Below are positions 1 through 10,439 of a stretch of DNA of 28,868 nt, one piece after another. Source of the DNA: Macrostomum lignano (lineage: Eukaryota); the NCBI GenBank assembly GCA_002269645.1, contig NIVC01004999.1:1-28868 (forward strand), given 5' to 3'. How positions within the stretch are numbered: the stretch's first letter is position 1; each line of letters opens with the position of its first letter. Position numbers and translations under genes: made by a program. The notes under the pieces were generated by a model, which made no database searches, was not told the origin of the DNA, and saw only the letters and a list, made by a program, of their open reading frames with translations.

Positions 1-34
1 ACATCCAATCCATCAATCATCCAATCTATCTATA

Positions 35-116
<82 letters not shown>

Positions 117-154
117 ATCTATCTATCATCTATCTATCTATCATCTATCTATCC

Positions 155-193
<39 letters not shown>

Positions 194-227
194 CATCTAT
201 CTATCTATCATCTATCATCTATCTATC

Positions 228-297
<70 letters not shown>

Positions 298-304
298 CTA
301 ATCA
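1..304. repeat. (TATC)n / GATA-type microsatellite in an ERCC6 intron
   Basis: Near-continuous tatc/atct tetramers with occasional tcc/atc variants, ending just before the acceptor caaacag at 311-317. Confidence 0.97.
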
Positions 305-317
305 ATCACTCAAACAG

Positions 318-696
318 GCCCGAGAGCGTGCCTGGCGCATCGGGCAGCAGAGAGACGTGGTGATCTACCGCCTGCTGTCCTCCGGCACAATCGAAGAGAA
401 AGTTTACCACCGCCAGATCTTCAAGCAGTTTCCTGGCCAACAGAATCCTTCGCGATCCTCGACAGCGCCGCTTCTTCAAGGCCAACAATTTGGACGAGCT
501 GTTCGCTCTGAAAGACGACGTCGAAGGCACGGAGACCAGGGCGCTGTTCACCGGCACGGGGGCCAGCACCAACAGGTTCGACGCCTTGCGACAGCGTCAA
601 GAAGCTGCCGGAGTCGATCTGGGCGCAGCGTCGACAGCGAAGCTGAGATGGCCTCCACCGATGTGGACGCGATGAGCGAGTCGTCCGCTAGTGATG
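318..696 (+). CDS. ERCC6: ERCC6/CSB exon: end of SNF2 helicase C-terminal domain (contains an apparent +1 and a compensating -1 frameshift)
   Basis: After AG at 316-317 it reads [38 protein letters not shown], then in the +1 frame [39 protein letters not shown]. This matches the CSB/Rad26 signature [13 protein letters not shown]...[32 protein letters not shown]. Donor g|gtttgt at 697 (phase 1). Confidence 0.9.
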
Positions 697-758
697 GTTT
701 GTGTTGGGTTGTTTGTTGGACTTTGTTGCTTGACTTCGTGTCTTGTCAGTTTTTTTAG

Positions 759-1520
759 TCTGCACCCCAAAGTTGTTTAGTTTAGACCCTAAAGTTGTTT
801 AGTTTGACCCTAAAGTTTTTTAGTTTGACCCTAAAGTTTTTTAGTTAGACCCTAAAGTTTTTTAGTTTGACCCTAAAGTTTTTTAGTTAGACCCTAAAGT
901 TTTTTAGTTTGACCCTAAAGTTGTTCAGTTTGGACCCTAAAGTTTTTTAGTTTGGACCCTAAAGTTTTTTAGTTTAGACCCTAAAGTTTTTTAGTTAGAC
1001 CCTAAAGTTTTTTAGTTTGACCCTAAAGTTGTTTAGTCTGCACCCCAAAGTTGTTTAGTTTAGACCCTAAAGTTGTTTAGTTTGACCCTAAAGTTTTTTA
1101 GTTTAGACCCTAAAGTTTTTTAGTTAGACCCTAAAGTTTTTTAGTTTGACCCTAAAGTTTTTTAGTTAGACCCTAAAGTTTTTTAGTTTGACCCTAAAGT
1201 TGTTCAGTTTGGACCCTAAAGTTTTTTAGTTTGGACCCTAAAGTTTTTTAGTTTAGACCCTAAAGTTTTTTAGTTAGACCCTAAAGTTTTTTAGTTTGAC
1301 CCTAAAGTTGTTTAGTTTGGACCCTAAAGTTTTTTAGTTTAGACCCTAAAGTTGTTTAGTTTGACCCTAAAGTTTTTTAGTTTAGACCCTAAAGTTTTTT
1401 AGTTAGACCCTAAAGTTTTTTAGTTTGACCCTAAAGTTGTTTAGTTTGGACCCTAAAGTTTTTTAGTTTAGACCCTAAAGTTTTTTAGTTTGGACCCTAA
1501 TGTTTTTTAGTTTGACCCTA
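759..1520. repeat. 21-22 bp minisatellite (gaccctaaagttttttagtt(t/a)), ~35 copies
   Basis: gaccc recurs at 848, 869, 890 (period 21). A variant block starting tctgcaccccaaag occurs at ~759 and ~1037. Confidence 0.95.
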
Positions 1521-1529
1521 AAGTTTTTT

Positions 1530-1817
1530 AGTTGGATCCTTAAGTTTAGCTGGATCCTAAAGTCTAGTTGGATCCTGAAGTTTAGTTGGATCCTGAAGTT
1601 TAGCTGGATCCTGAAGTTTAGTTGGATCCTGAAGTTTAGCTGGATCCTGAAGTCTAGTTGGATCCTGAAAATTAGTTGGATCCTGAAGTCTAGCTGGATC
1701 CTGAAGTTTAGTTGGATCCTGAAGTTTAGCTGGCTCCTGAAGTTTAGCTGGATCCTGAAGTTTAGCTGGATCCTGAAGTCTATTTGGATCCTGAAGTTTA
1801 GCTGGATCCTGAAGTTA
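1530..1817. repeat. 18 bp minisatellite (ggatcctgaagtttagct), ~16 copies
   Basis: ggatcc at 1570, 1588 and onward (period 18). It gives the spurious WILKFS repeat in ORF 1500-2255. Confidence 0.95.
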
Positions 1818-1899
1818 ATTCTAGCTAAATTGCATTCTGCACCTTACAGTTTTCTGGAAAATGATATTTATTACTTAATCTTCATCGCACCACCCCCAG

Positions 1900-2226
1900 C
1901 AGCGCCGGCCGCAGCGGCCCAGTTGACCGACAGCAGACGCGCAGAATTGCGCGAATTGGCGCGCAAGTTAAGCGCCAAAGTGGCGCGCGAATTTAGCGCC
2001 CCGTCAGGCGCCGATGCCGAGCCGGCCGAGGCCAGAGGGCCGGCTCAAGAGAAATCCCGTCGTAAAGAGAAGAAGCAGAAGAAAAAGAAGAAGAAAAGCA
2101 AAGACAAGAGCGGCGGTGACAGGAAACGCGCTCGCGGCGCCAAGCGCCAGGAAGTCGACGGCCATCGAATCGAGTTTGTGGTGAAGCAGGCCGCGTTCGA
2201 CTATGGTGATGGACAGCGGGGTTCGG
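1900..2226 (+). CDS. ERCC6: ERCC6/CSB exon (basic linker region)
   Basis: Acceptor cccccag|cag (tandem NAGNAG at 1897-1902) is phase 1, matching the previous donor. It reads ...ELRELARKLSAKVARE...KKKKKK...EVDGHRIEFVVKQ, similar to CSB KFEGTRIPHLVKK. Donor g|gtgaga at 2227 (phase 1). Confidence 0.8.
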
Positions 2227-2304
2227 GTGAGACCACTGTTCAAGATTTTAAATAATCCAAAGCACTTTAATTTATCAGATTTTATACTTGTTCAGTCGAA
2301 TAAC

Positions 2305-2965
2305 TTTTGGGATTTCATATTTCGATCCAGGTAAATTTTGATCCTATTGGGAAAGATTTTGGGATTTCATAATTTTATCCAGGTAAATCTTAATCTCATT
2401 GGGAAGAATAGTTGGGATTTCATAATTTTATCTAGGTAAATCTTGATCTCATTGAGAAGAATAGTTGGGATTTCATATTTTGATCCAGGTAGATTTTTAT
2501 CCTATTGGGAAGAATAGTTGGAATTTCATATTTTGATCCAGGTAAATTTTTATCCTATTGGGAAGAATAGTTGGAATTTCATAATTTGATCCAGGTAAAT
2601 CTTGATCTCATTGGGAAGAATTGTTGGGATTTCATAATTTGATCCAGGTAAATCTTGATCTCATTGGGAAGAATTGTTGGGATTTCATAATTTGATCCAG
2701 GTAAATCTTGATCTCATTGGGAAGAATTGTTGGGATTTCATAATTTGATCCAGGTAAATCTTGATCCCATTGGGAAGAATCTTTGGGATTTCATAATTTG
2801 ATACAGGTAAATCTTGATCTCATTGGGAAGAATCTTTGGGATTTCATAATTTGATCCAGGTAAATCTTGATCTCATTGGGAAGAATCGTTGGGATTTCAT
2901 AATCATCCAGGTAAATCTTGATCCCATTGGGAAGAATAGTTGGGATTTCATTATGCTCCAGGTAT
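2305..2965. repeat. 53 bp minisatellite (gggatttcataatttgatccaggtaaatcttgatctcattgggaagaattgtt), ~12 copies
   Basis: ccaggtaaat at 2591 and 2644 (period 53); the array fills most of the intron 2227-3000. Confidence 0.95.
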
Positions 2966-3000
2966 GAATCAAAGCCATAATTCCCTTCTCAATTAACCAG

Positions 3001-3594
3001 ACAAAACCGGCGCCGGGCCGTCGACCTCCAGAGATGCAGCGGACTCTGCGGACCCCCTGGTGTCGGCCCTGGTGCCGCGAGCCAGTCAGCACCGGCTTGA
3101 GGCAGCGGAACGCTCAAATCCTCAAATTGACGCTGAAGTTCGTCGAGTACTTCGCAAAGCCCGTCTGGATGCCTCACCGGCCAAGCGGAAGCCGCCGGCG
3201 GCTCTCGATGGCAAAGCAAAGAAATTGAAATCGAAAATAGCAAAGATACCAAAGTTGCAGACAGAATCAAAGGCTGCATCTACTACTGCCGGTCCGTCTA
3301 GCGGCAGTAGTATAATAGCCAGCGGTGCAAATAATAAACTGGAGAGGGCGTTGATTCGTTGCGGCGTGCAAGACGCCGTATTGCAGGAGGTGATCGAAGC
3401 TCCCGGACCAGCGGATGTGGATCTGGTCGAATGGCAGGCCAGTGAGACTGCGACTGCGGCGGTTGCAGCGCTGCGAGATCGACTGGCTGCCTCTGCTGCT
3501 GCTGCCGCTGCCGCTGGGCCGGTCAAGCAGTTTGGTCGGGTGCGCCGCTGCTGGCTCTGGTGTCGGCTGGATGATTCAACAGCTCAGGGCCAAG
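3001..3594 (+). CDS. ERCC6: ERCC6/CSB exon (C-terminal region)
   Basis: Acceptor ttaaccag|ac is phase 1 and in frame with ORF 3060-3611. KLERALIRCGVQDAVLQEVIEAPGPADVDLVEWQASETATAAVAALR resembles CSB VLEKLFKKS.GVHSVMKHDAIM....[21 protein letters not shown]. Donor caag|gtaaaa at 3595 (phase 1). Confidence 0.8.
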
Positions 3595-3619
3595 GTAAAA
3601 ATGTTGCTTGATGTTATAG

Positions 3620-4915
3620 ACACTTCCGGTGTGTTACCTCAAGTGACAACCAAATAGTACTTCCGGTGTTGCTTCAAGTGATATTCAAATAGTATTTCCG
3701 GTGTTCCTTTAAGTGATAACCAATTTTACTTCCGGTGTTGCTTTAAGTGATAACCAAATAGTACTTCCAGTGTTGCTTTAAGTGATAACCAAATAGTACT
3801 TCCGGTGTTGCTTTAAGTGATAACTAAATAGTACTTCCAGTGTTGCTTTAAGTGATAACCAAATAGTACTTCCGGTGTTGCTTCAAGTGACAACCAAATA
3901 GTACTTCCGGTGTTGCTTCAAGTGACAACCAAATAGTACTTCCGGTGTTGCTTCAAGTGACAACCAAATAGTACTTCCGGTGTTGCTTCAAGTGACAACC
4001 AAATAGTACTTCCGGTGTTGCTTTAAGTGATAACTAAATAGTACTTCCAGTGTTGCTTTAAGTAATAACCAAATAGTACTTCCGGTGTTGCTTTAAGTGA
4101 TAACTAAATAGTACTTCCGGTGTTGCTTCAAGTGACAACCAAATAGTACTTCCGGTGTTGCTTCAAGTGACAACCAAATAGTACTTCCGGTGTTGCTTTA
4201 AGTGATAACTAAATAGTACTTCCAGTGTTGCTTTAAGTAATAACCAAATAGTACTTCCAGTGTTGCTTTAAGTGACAACCAAATAGTACTTCCGGTGTTG
4301 CTTCAAGTGACAACCAAATAGTACTTCCGGTGTTGCTTCAAGTGACAACCAAATAGTACTTCCGGTGTTGCTTTAAGTGATAACTAAATAGTACTTCCAG
4401 TGTTGCTTTAAGTAATAACCAAATAGTACTTCCGGTGTTGCTTTAAGTGATAACCAAATAGTACTTCCAGTATTGCTTTAAGTGATAACCAAATAGTACT
4501 TCCGGTGTTGCTTCAAGTGACAACCAAATAGTACTTCCGGTGTTGCTTTAAGTGATAACCAAATAGTACTTCCGGTGTTGCTTTAAGTGATAACTAAATA
4601 GTACTTCCGGTGTTGCTTTAAGTGATAACCAAATAGTACTTCCGGTGTTGCTTCAAGTGATAACCAAATAGTACTTCCGGTGTTGCTTCAAGTGACAACC
4701 AAATAGTACTTCCGGTGTTGCTTTAAGTGATAACTAAATAGTACTTCCGGTGTTGCTTTAAGTGATAACCAATGGTACTTCCGGTGTTGCTTCAAGTGAC
4801 AACCAAATAGTACTTCCGGTGTTGCTTTAAGTGATAACTAAATAGTACTTCCGGTGTTGCTTTAAGTGACAACCAATGGTACTTCCGGTGTTGCTATCAA
4901 GTGACAACCAAATAC
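3620..4915. repeat. 35 bp minisatellite (gtacttccggtgttgctttaagtgataaccaaata), ~37 copies
   Basis: gtactt at 3796 and 3831 (period 35); units differ only by a few recurring substitutions and there are no unique spacers. Confidence 0.96.
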
Positions 4916-4949
4916 TGTATGTTTGGTGTTGTCTGAAGCAACATTTAAC

Positions 4950-5740
4950 GTAATTTCCGGTGTTGATTTTGGGGATATTTTATGACACTCCCGGTGTTGC
5001 TTTTAGGGATATTTTATGACACTCCCGGTGTTGCTTTTAGGGATATTTTATGACACTCCCGGTGTTGCTTTTAGGGATATTTTATGACACTTCCGGTGTT
5101 GCTTTTAGGGATATTTTATGACACTCCCGGTGTTGCTTTTGGGGATATTTTATGACACTCCCGGTGTTGCTTTTAGGGATATTTTATGACACTCCCGGTG
5201 TTGCTTTTGGGGATATTTTATGACACTCCCGGTGTCACCTTTAGGGATATTTTATGACACTCCCGGTGTTGCTTTTGGGGATATTTTATGACACTCCCGG
5301 TGTCACCTTTAGGGATATTTTATGACACTCCCGGTGTTGCTTTTGGGGATATTTTATGACACTCCCGGTGTTGCTTTTAGGGATATTTTATGACACTCCC
5401 GGTGTTGCTTTTAGGGATATTTTATGACACTTCCGGTGTTGCTTTTAGGGATATTTTATGACACTCCCGGTGTTGCTTTTGGGGATATTTTATGACACTC
5501 CCGGTGTTGCTTTTAGGGATATTTTATGACACTCCCGGTGTTGCTTTTGGGGATATTTTATGACACTCCCGGTGTCACCTTTAGGGATATTTTATGACAC
5601 TCCCGGTGTTGCTTTTGGGGATATTTTATGACACTCCCGGTGTCACCTTTAGGGATATTTTATGACACTCCCGGTGTTGCTTTTGGGGATATTTTATGAC
5701 ACTCCCGGTGTTGCTTTTAGGGATATTTTATGACACTTCT
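4950..5740. repeat. 34 bp minisatellite (gacactcccggtgttgcttttagggatattttat), ~23 copies
   Basis: gacact at 4984 and 5018 (period 34). It shares the core ccggtgttgcttt with the adjacent 35 bp array. Confidence 0.96.
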
Positions 5741-5877
5741 GATGTGGCTTCCAGCCGCAAAATTGTCTTACACGCACAATAAAATACTTGAAGAGTTGAT
5801 TCGGGAGGTGATCAGTCTCCAGAAAACTCCCACTTCCAGACACTTGAGCCTGGGAACAGAATAAGGTGTTCACTTAC

Positions 5878-6431
5878 TGTGGCGGGCTCCTCTTCTGTGT
5901 TGGGCAGGTTCTCCGAGCTCGTTTCTTTAAATCTTCTTCTCCGGAGGAATCTTCTTGAAGTCTAGAATCGGCCGAAAGTGAGAGCGTAACAATCAAGTCT
6001 GGCGACGTCGCAGTATTTCTCGAATGCAAACCAATATAGGCCTTAGGTTCAATAATCAATATCAACAATGCGCCCTAATAACAAGATCAACTTCTGTGAT
6101 AATAACGAGGTCCTCCAAGAAAGGCGTCTTCTTCTAGAAATAACGGAATCGGAGTGGTGTGCTCCTATCGGTTAATCTAGGATAACCAAAATCAATCAAC
6201 TCGATAATCCTCTAAGGGTATCGGAATCGGTCCGCAGATCCCATCCAATCCCTTAGGAAAATGGGAGGCCTCAAATTCAATGAACTCAGTTGAATAAACT
6301 GATCAATAACGGCCGGCAATAAAATCGCTCTCAGTAATCCAAATAACAAAGGCTCGAACAAAGGCTTACCGAACGGTATTTATTTCCTCAGAGATGTAGC
6401 CTCGCTTAGCTGTTCCAGCAAGCTTCAACAT
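5878..6431 (-). other. Possible nested antisense spliced mini-ORF or gene fragment (exons 6431-6370 and 5961-5878)
   Basis: On the minus strand: TATAAAT at 6487-6481, ATG at 6431, donor cg|gtaagc, acceptor ctttcggccgattctag|a, and a second donor ca|gtaagt. Phases agree (2/2). Peptide MLKLAGTAKRGYISEEINTVRLQEDSSGEEDLKKRARRTCPTQKRSPP. No homology recognised. Confidence 0.3.
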
Positions 6432-6768
6432 CTTTGGAGGCAGGTCCGAGTCTGAGATTTTGACTCGGATTTTGGCTTGTATTTATAGTAAACTTTTGGG
6501 GTAAACAGGTTATTTTGGGAAGGTGACTCATTTGCGTTTTGGAATTTTGACCTCTCGAAAATTGCATAGAATAAACTATATAGGTTTTGCGCGTCAATTC
6601 TATTTTTAGAAATGTTGCATAAGATGATCACTCGTTGTTTCGTGGTCTTCTAAAAATGGAGTATGATCACTTGATATTTTTAGATTCTAAAATTAAGTTT
6701 TCGCATTTTTATGTTACTACTTATAGTAGTTCACTTTGTACCGTATTTGGAGATCTCTACATACTTAG

Positions 6769-7187
6769 CTCGTAGTTCCACCCGCCGCTGCCCCAACTCA
6801 GTCGAGAGCCACTTCTCCGGTGCCGCCCTGCTGTCAACTGGCCGAGTTCGCTACTCATCTGACGACCTGTTCCTACTCATCGACCTCCGGCTCCGCCGTC
6901 AGCAGCAACAGTCGGCTGGCCTCGGCCAGGCGGGCGGTCTGAACCGGCGCGCCGTGGATCTGGCCAGCAGCATTCGAGTGTTTCACACGCTGGTGCAGGA
7001 CTGCCGCAGGGACAGCTCCGAGATTGCTAGGCATTTCAGCTTTTCTACTTCAAGTAGTATGAGTAGCGACGTAGTTGGCGAGATTTTGCGACCAGACGAG
7101 GGCCACCTGCTTCGAGCTCTGCTGCGACAGATGTGCGACTTCGATCGGCCCAGCGGGATGTGGACTCTGAAGCCGGAGTTTCGCTAG
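6769..7187 (+). CDS. ERCC6: ERCC6/CSB terminal exon (C-terminal winged-helix/ubiquitin-binding region)
   Basis: Acceptor acttag|ct is phase 1. SVESHFSG...SSDDL and LLRALLRQMCDFDRPSGMWTLKPEFR* match the CSB C-terminus (PEHFSG...; VFRELLRNLCTF....GIWKLKPEY). Confidence 0.88.
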
Positions 7188-7571
7188 GAATATAACTTAC
7201 TACTCACAGTAGCAGGGACATCTTTTTCAAGAGCTTTGTCTAACTAATACTGGTATTCCGCGTAAAGTTTTTATTCTATAATGTATTACCTGTAATGTAT
7301 TTGTTTTTTGAAAAATATTCTTCCTGCAATAATGTTTAGTTAATTTGATCTGTAGAAGTACGAGTATAGCTCGTACTGAAGTTTAAATATATTACCTTTT
7401 TGACCAAATTGACCTGTTAAGCTGTCGGTTGAATATTTTAATAATTTTGTGCCAAAACTATAAGTTATAAAGTTATAAAGTTACTTAGCTACTTTTTTTT
7501 TAAACTTACCAATCTAAATTCAGGGTGCCAAATAAGGTGTTAATGAGATCTTATTCTCTTGCAAAGGTGCT

Positions 7572-8010
7572 AAATCAGGTGTCTAAGGGATCTAGTTGGC
7601 TCACCAAATCAGGTGTCTAAGGGATCTAGTTGGCTCACCAAATCAGGTGTCTAAGTGATCTAATTGGCTCACCAAATCAGGTGTCTATGGGATCTAATTG
7701 GCTCACCAAATCAGGTGTCTAAGTGATCTAATTGGCTCACCAAATCAGGTGTCTAAGTGATCTAATTGGCTCACCAAATCAGGTGTCTAAGTGATCTAAT
7801 TGGCTCACCAAATCAGGTGTCTATGGGATCTAATTGGCTCACCAAATCAGGTGTCTAAGGGATCTAATTGGCTCACCAAATCAGGTGTCTAAGGGATCTA
7901 GTTGGCTCACCAAATCAGGTGTCTAAGTGATCTAATTGGCTCACCAAATCAGGTGTCTATGGGATCTAATTGGCTGACACATATCAAATGTCTATGGGAT
8001 CTAATTAGCT
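7572..8010. repeat. 34 bp minisatellite (caaatcaggtgtctaagggatctaattggctcac), ~13 copies
   Basis: gtgtct at 7681 and 7715 (period 34). Confidence 0.95.
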
Positions 8011-8339
8011 TGCTCAAAATTACGAGTACTTACTTATAATAAAGGCTGTGGTGTCCTTGAAGGCTATGTATCTGTGACTACATAACTAAGACATAGCTCG
8101 TTCCAATCCTTAGGTAGACCACCCTCTGGTACCTATTGTTTCTATCGTTAGCACGGTTAATTAGATGTTAGTGATGGAAGTACCTTGATGCTATGATCAA
8201 GCTTTTTACGGAACAGGAAGCTAGTGTCAACTCTCAAAGTTTTTTCCTGGACTGTTTGAATCAATAAAATATCAATTCTAGTGACAATTTATTCAGTTTT
8301 AATGTGGTGGTGTTGTTAACTTAATGTTTTTCGCACTGA

Positions 8340-8790
8340 GAAGCCTTGCCATCGATCTGTCAGCAGATTGAAATACCGTGTCGTCTACCAATTGATTTGC
8401 TCTGAGAACCAGTGCACCACCTATGCTGGAGAAAACTTAACGACAGTTGTATATGAGGGCTAAGGAGCATTAGGTTCAGAACTCTTCAGGACAAGATTAT
8501 GAATTGACCGTACGTGACATGAGTGGTTGCACTTTCCTGTACGCCCCTTGGCTTGCCCACTGGACTGGCTCATCAAAACTACTACAAGTACCAAAGCATA
8601 ATTTACCTCATTCCAGTGTTTCCTGTCTTATCAACCCAAGTATCTGATATATGTATATATATATACAATTAATGTTGTTTGTTCACTCTTTCGTTTCAAG
8701 TTAAAATCTACCCTGACGAAGTGCTACTTAGGACGAAAAGCTCCCGGTAGCTACATGTATATACACTGCATGTACGAGCGTATGTTGCTT
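8340..8790 (+). mobile_element. Decayed Penelope-like element: GIY-YIG endonuclease relic plus terminal (pLTR-like) region
   Basis: 8377-8433 reads RVVYQLICSENQCTTYAGE, then after a frameshift RQLYMRAKEH (8441-8470). This fits the PLE pattern VVY.I.C..C...YIG.T.R.L..R..EH. A hammerhead-like motif follows ~240 nt downstream. Confidence 0.7.
8708..8750 (+). ncRNA. Minimal type I hammerhead ribozyme-like motif (degenerate)
   Basis: CTACC-CTGACGA-A-GTGCT-actt-AGGAC-GAAA-AGCT-C-cc-GGTAG: stem I CTACC/GGTAG, core CUGANGA and GAAA, stem II with one mismatch, palindromic AGCU mini stem III. Confidence 0.6.
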
Positions 8791-9173
8791 ATAACTTTTC
8801 TTGCTTCTCTTATCATGCCAGCTTGGAATTCAGTTTATATCAGTTTGTTCAGTTTGAAATAAACGTGGATCCAGAATCCTGGCTTCTGTAATGAAGTTTT
8901 GATATATAAGGATCCAGGCCCTTCCTAGGGTTAGAATTTTGCATATAAGTGAGTTTCCTAATATGGAATAAGGAAATGCAGCTTGCCAATAGGGTTTCTC
9001 TCTTAGTTAGGTTTGCCGTTGGGCAGCGTTTACTGTCTACGAGCTAGTTAAATTGTATGGGTGCTGTGATAGAATACCTATTTTTAAGAGCCTAGGCTTT
9101 TGTATAAATATAATAAAGCTGGACTCGGCTGCGGAGGTCAGAAATAACGCCTTTAAAGTTTATCTGACTGACA

Positions 9174-10439
9174 ATGCCTCGCTATCTTGTGTCTCTAGCC
9201 CTGCCTCTGCTGCTTCTCAGCAGCTGCTGTTTGCACGGTGAATCTTCTTTGCCGAGCTATGTCGATTTTCTTCACGACTACAGCCGCACGTACGACTGTC
9301 GATGTCATACGGTTTCTTCGGAATACGACTTCTTGTGCGAGATCGTTAAAAAAGGATTAACGGCAGCAAATAGCAGCATCAGCTGCTCCAACCTGCCTAC
9401 AAAAGTGATTGCTCACCTAAACATCAGCTGCTCCGGTTGCAGCAACTGCGTCTCAGTGAACATGCACGAGATGACTCGAGCTCATTATGACGATGACCAG
9501 CAGATAAACTTTTATCCGCCGTCGGAGATTTCACTGAACGATTGTCGGGTCAACAGTCTCAATATTAGAATGATGCAGTTGAGAGCTGAGAATGTCAGCG
9601 TCACTGAAGGCATGGAGATAGCACAGTTCGGTGTGCCACAACATCCGGGTGTTGGTGGCTACTACACCGTGAATGTCACCTACCCGACTGATTTCAACGC
9701 GTCCGATTGTTGGCTGACTTACCTGCACATCAGACGGAGCAGTATGTGGTACTTGCCCGCCTATGTTCTACACAAATGCCAGTACATTCGTAGTGTAAGC
9801 ATCGTTGAGTCGCCGATCACGTGGGTATCGATGACTGACCTACTGGCCCTTCGGTCAATCGATAGCTTGACCCTGCGCAACTGCAGCGTGAGAACGTTTG
9901 CCGATGACGCTTTGTCGAAAGCGCTGACGGCTCTAGATGAATATCTGCAACGAGTTGGTCCGCAGCCAGTCACTGAGAATCCTCAAGTAGCAGAGGCTAT
10001 TAAACGACTGCGTAAGATGAGGCAGGACTCCGGCAAACTGAACTTGGTAATCAATCTGTACGACATGATGGACTCATTCAACATCAGCTTTTCGCTGCTA
10101 TTCGGCTACCGAACCATCAGCCTGGGCAGTGGCTTTTCTCCCTCCGACATTCCGTTCGACGTAGCTCTCAGTTACTTGAACTTGCAATACAATGAGCTGA
10201 CCGAGATCCCTTTTTCTATCAGCATGTTTGGCAATTTAAATGCAATTGACCTTAGTCACAACAAAATACGCAGGCTGTATCACAGCTGGCTGTGCTGGTA
10301 CCCTCCTATACGCGAGGAAGACAAGGCAAACTCTACCAGACACTGCTATTGGTTCAGAGGATCCAGGCAGACTCTGAAAGTGCTGAACCTTTCTTACAAT
10401 CGAATCAAACAAATTGGCGAAATTCAACCTTGGCACGGG
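9174..10439 (+). CDS. Toll-like receptor-like gene A, exon 1 (signal peptide, Cys-rich N-terminus, LRRs)
   Basis: Hydrophobic leader MPRYLVSLALPLLLLSSCC, and LRR motifs LSYLNLQYNELTEIP, LNAIDLSHNKIRRL, LKVLNLSYNRIKQI. Donor ggg|gtaagg at 10440 (phase 0). Confidence 0.9.

Noticed and set aside
780-1520. Plant-type telomere repeat CCCTAAA
   Set aside because: The heptamer occurs once per 21-22 bp unit, separated by other sequence; it is not a tandem telomeric tract.
1500-1899. WILKFS-repeat protein (N-terminal part of ORF 1500-2255)
   Set aside because: A stop-free reading of an 18 bp intronic minisatellite. The real exon starts at the acceptor at 1899/1900.
3535-3594. Frameshift at the end of the ERCC6 exon 3001-3594 (alternative frame GWMIQQLRAK)
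   Set aside because: The unshifted frame gives a phase-1 donor that matches the acceptor at 6768, so no shift is required.
3620-5740. 34-35 bp repeats as a CRISPR array
   Set aside because: Units are directly adjacent with no unique spacers, there are no cas genes, and they lie in a spliceosomal intron.
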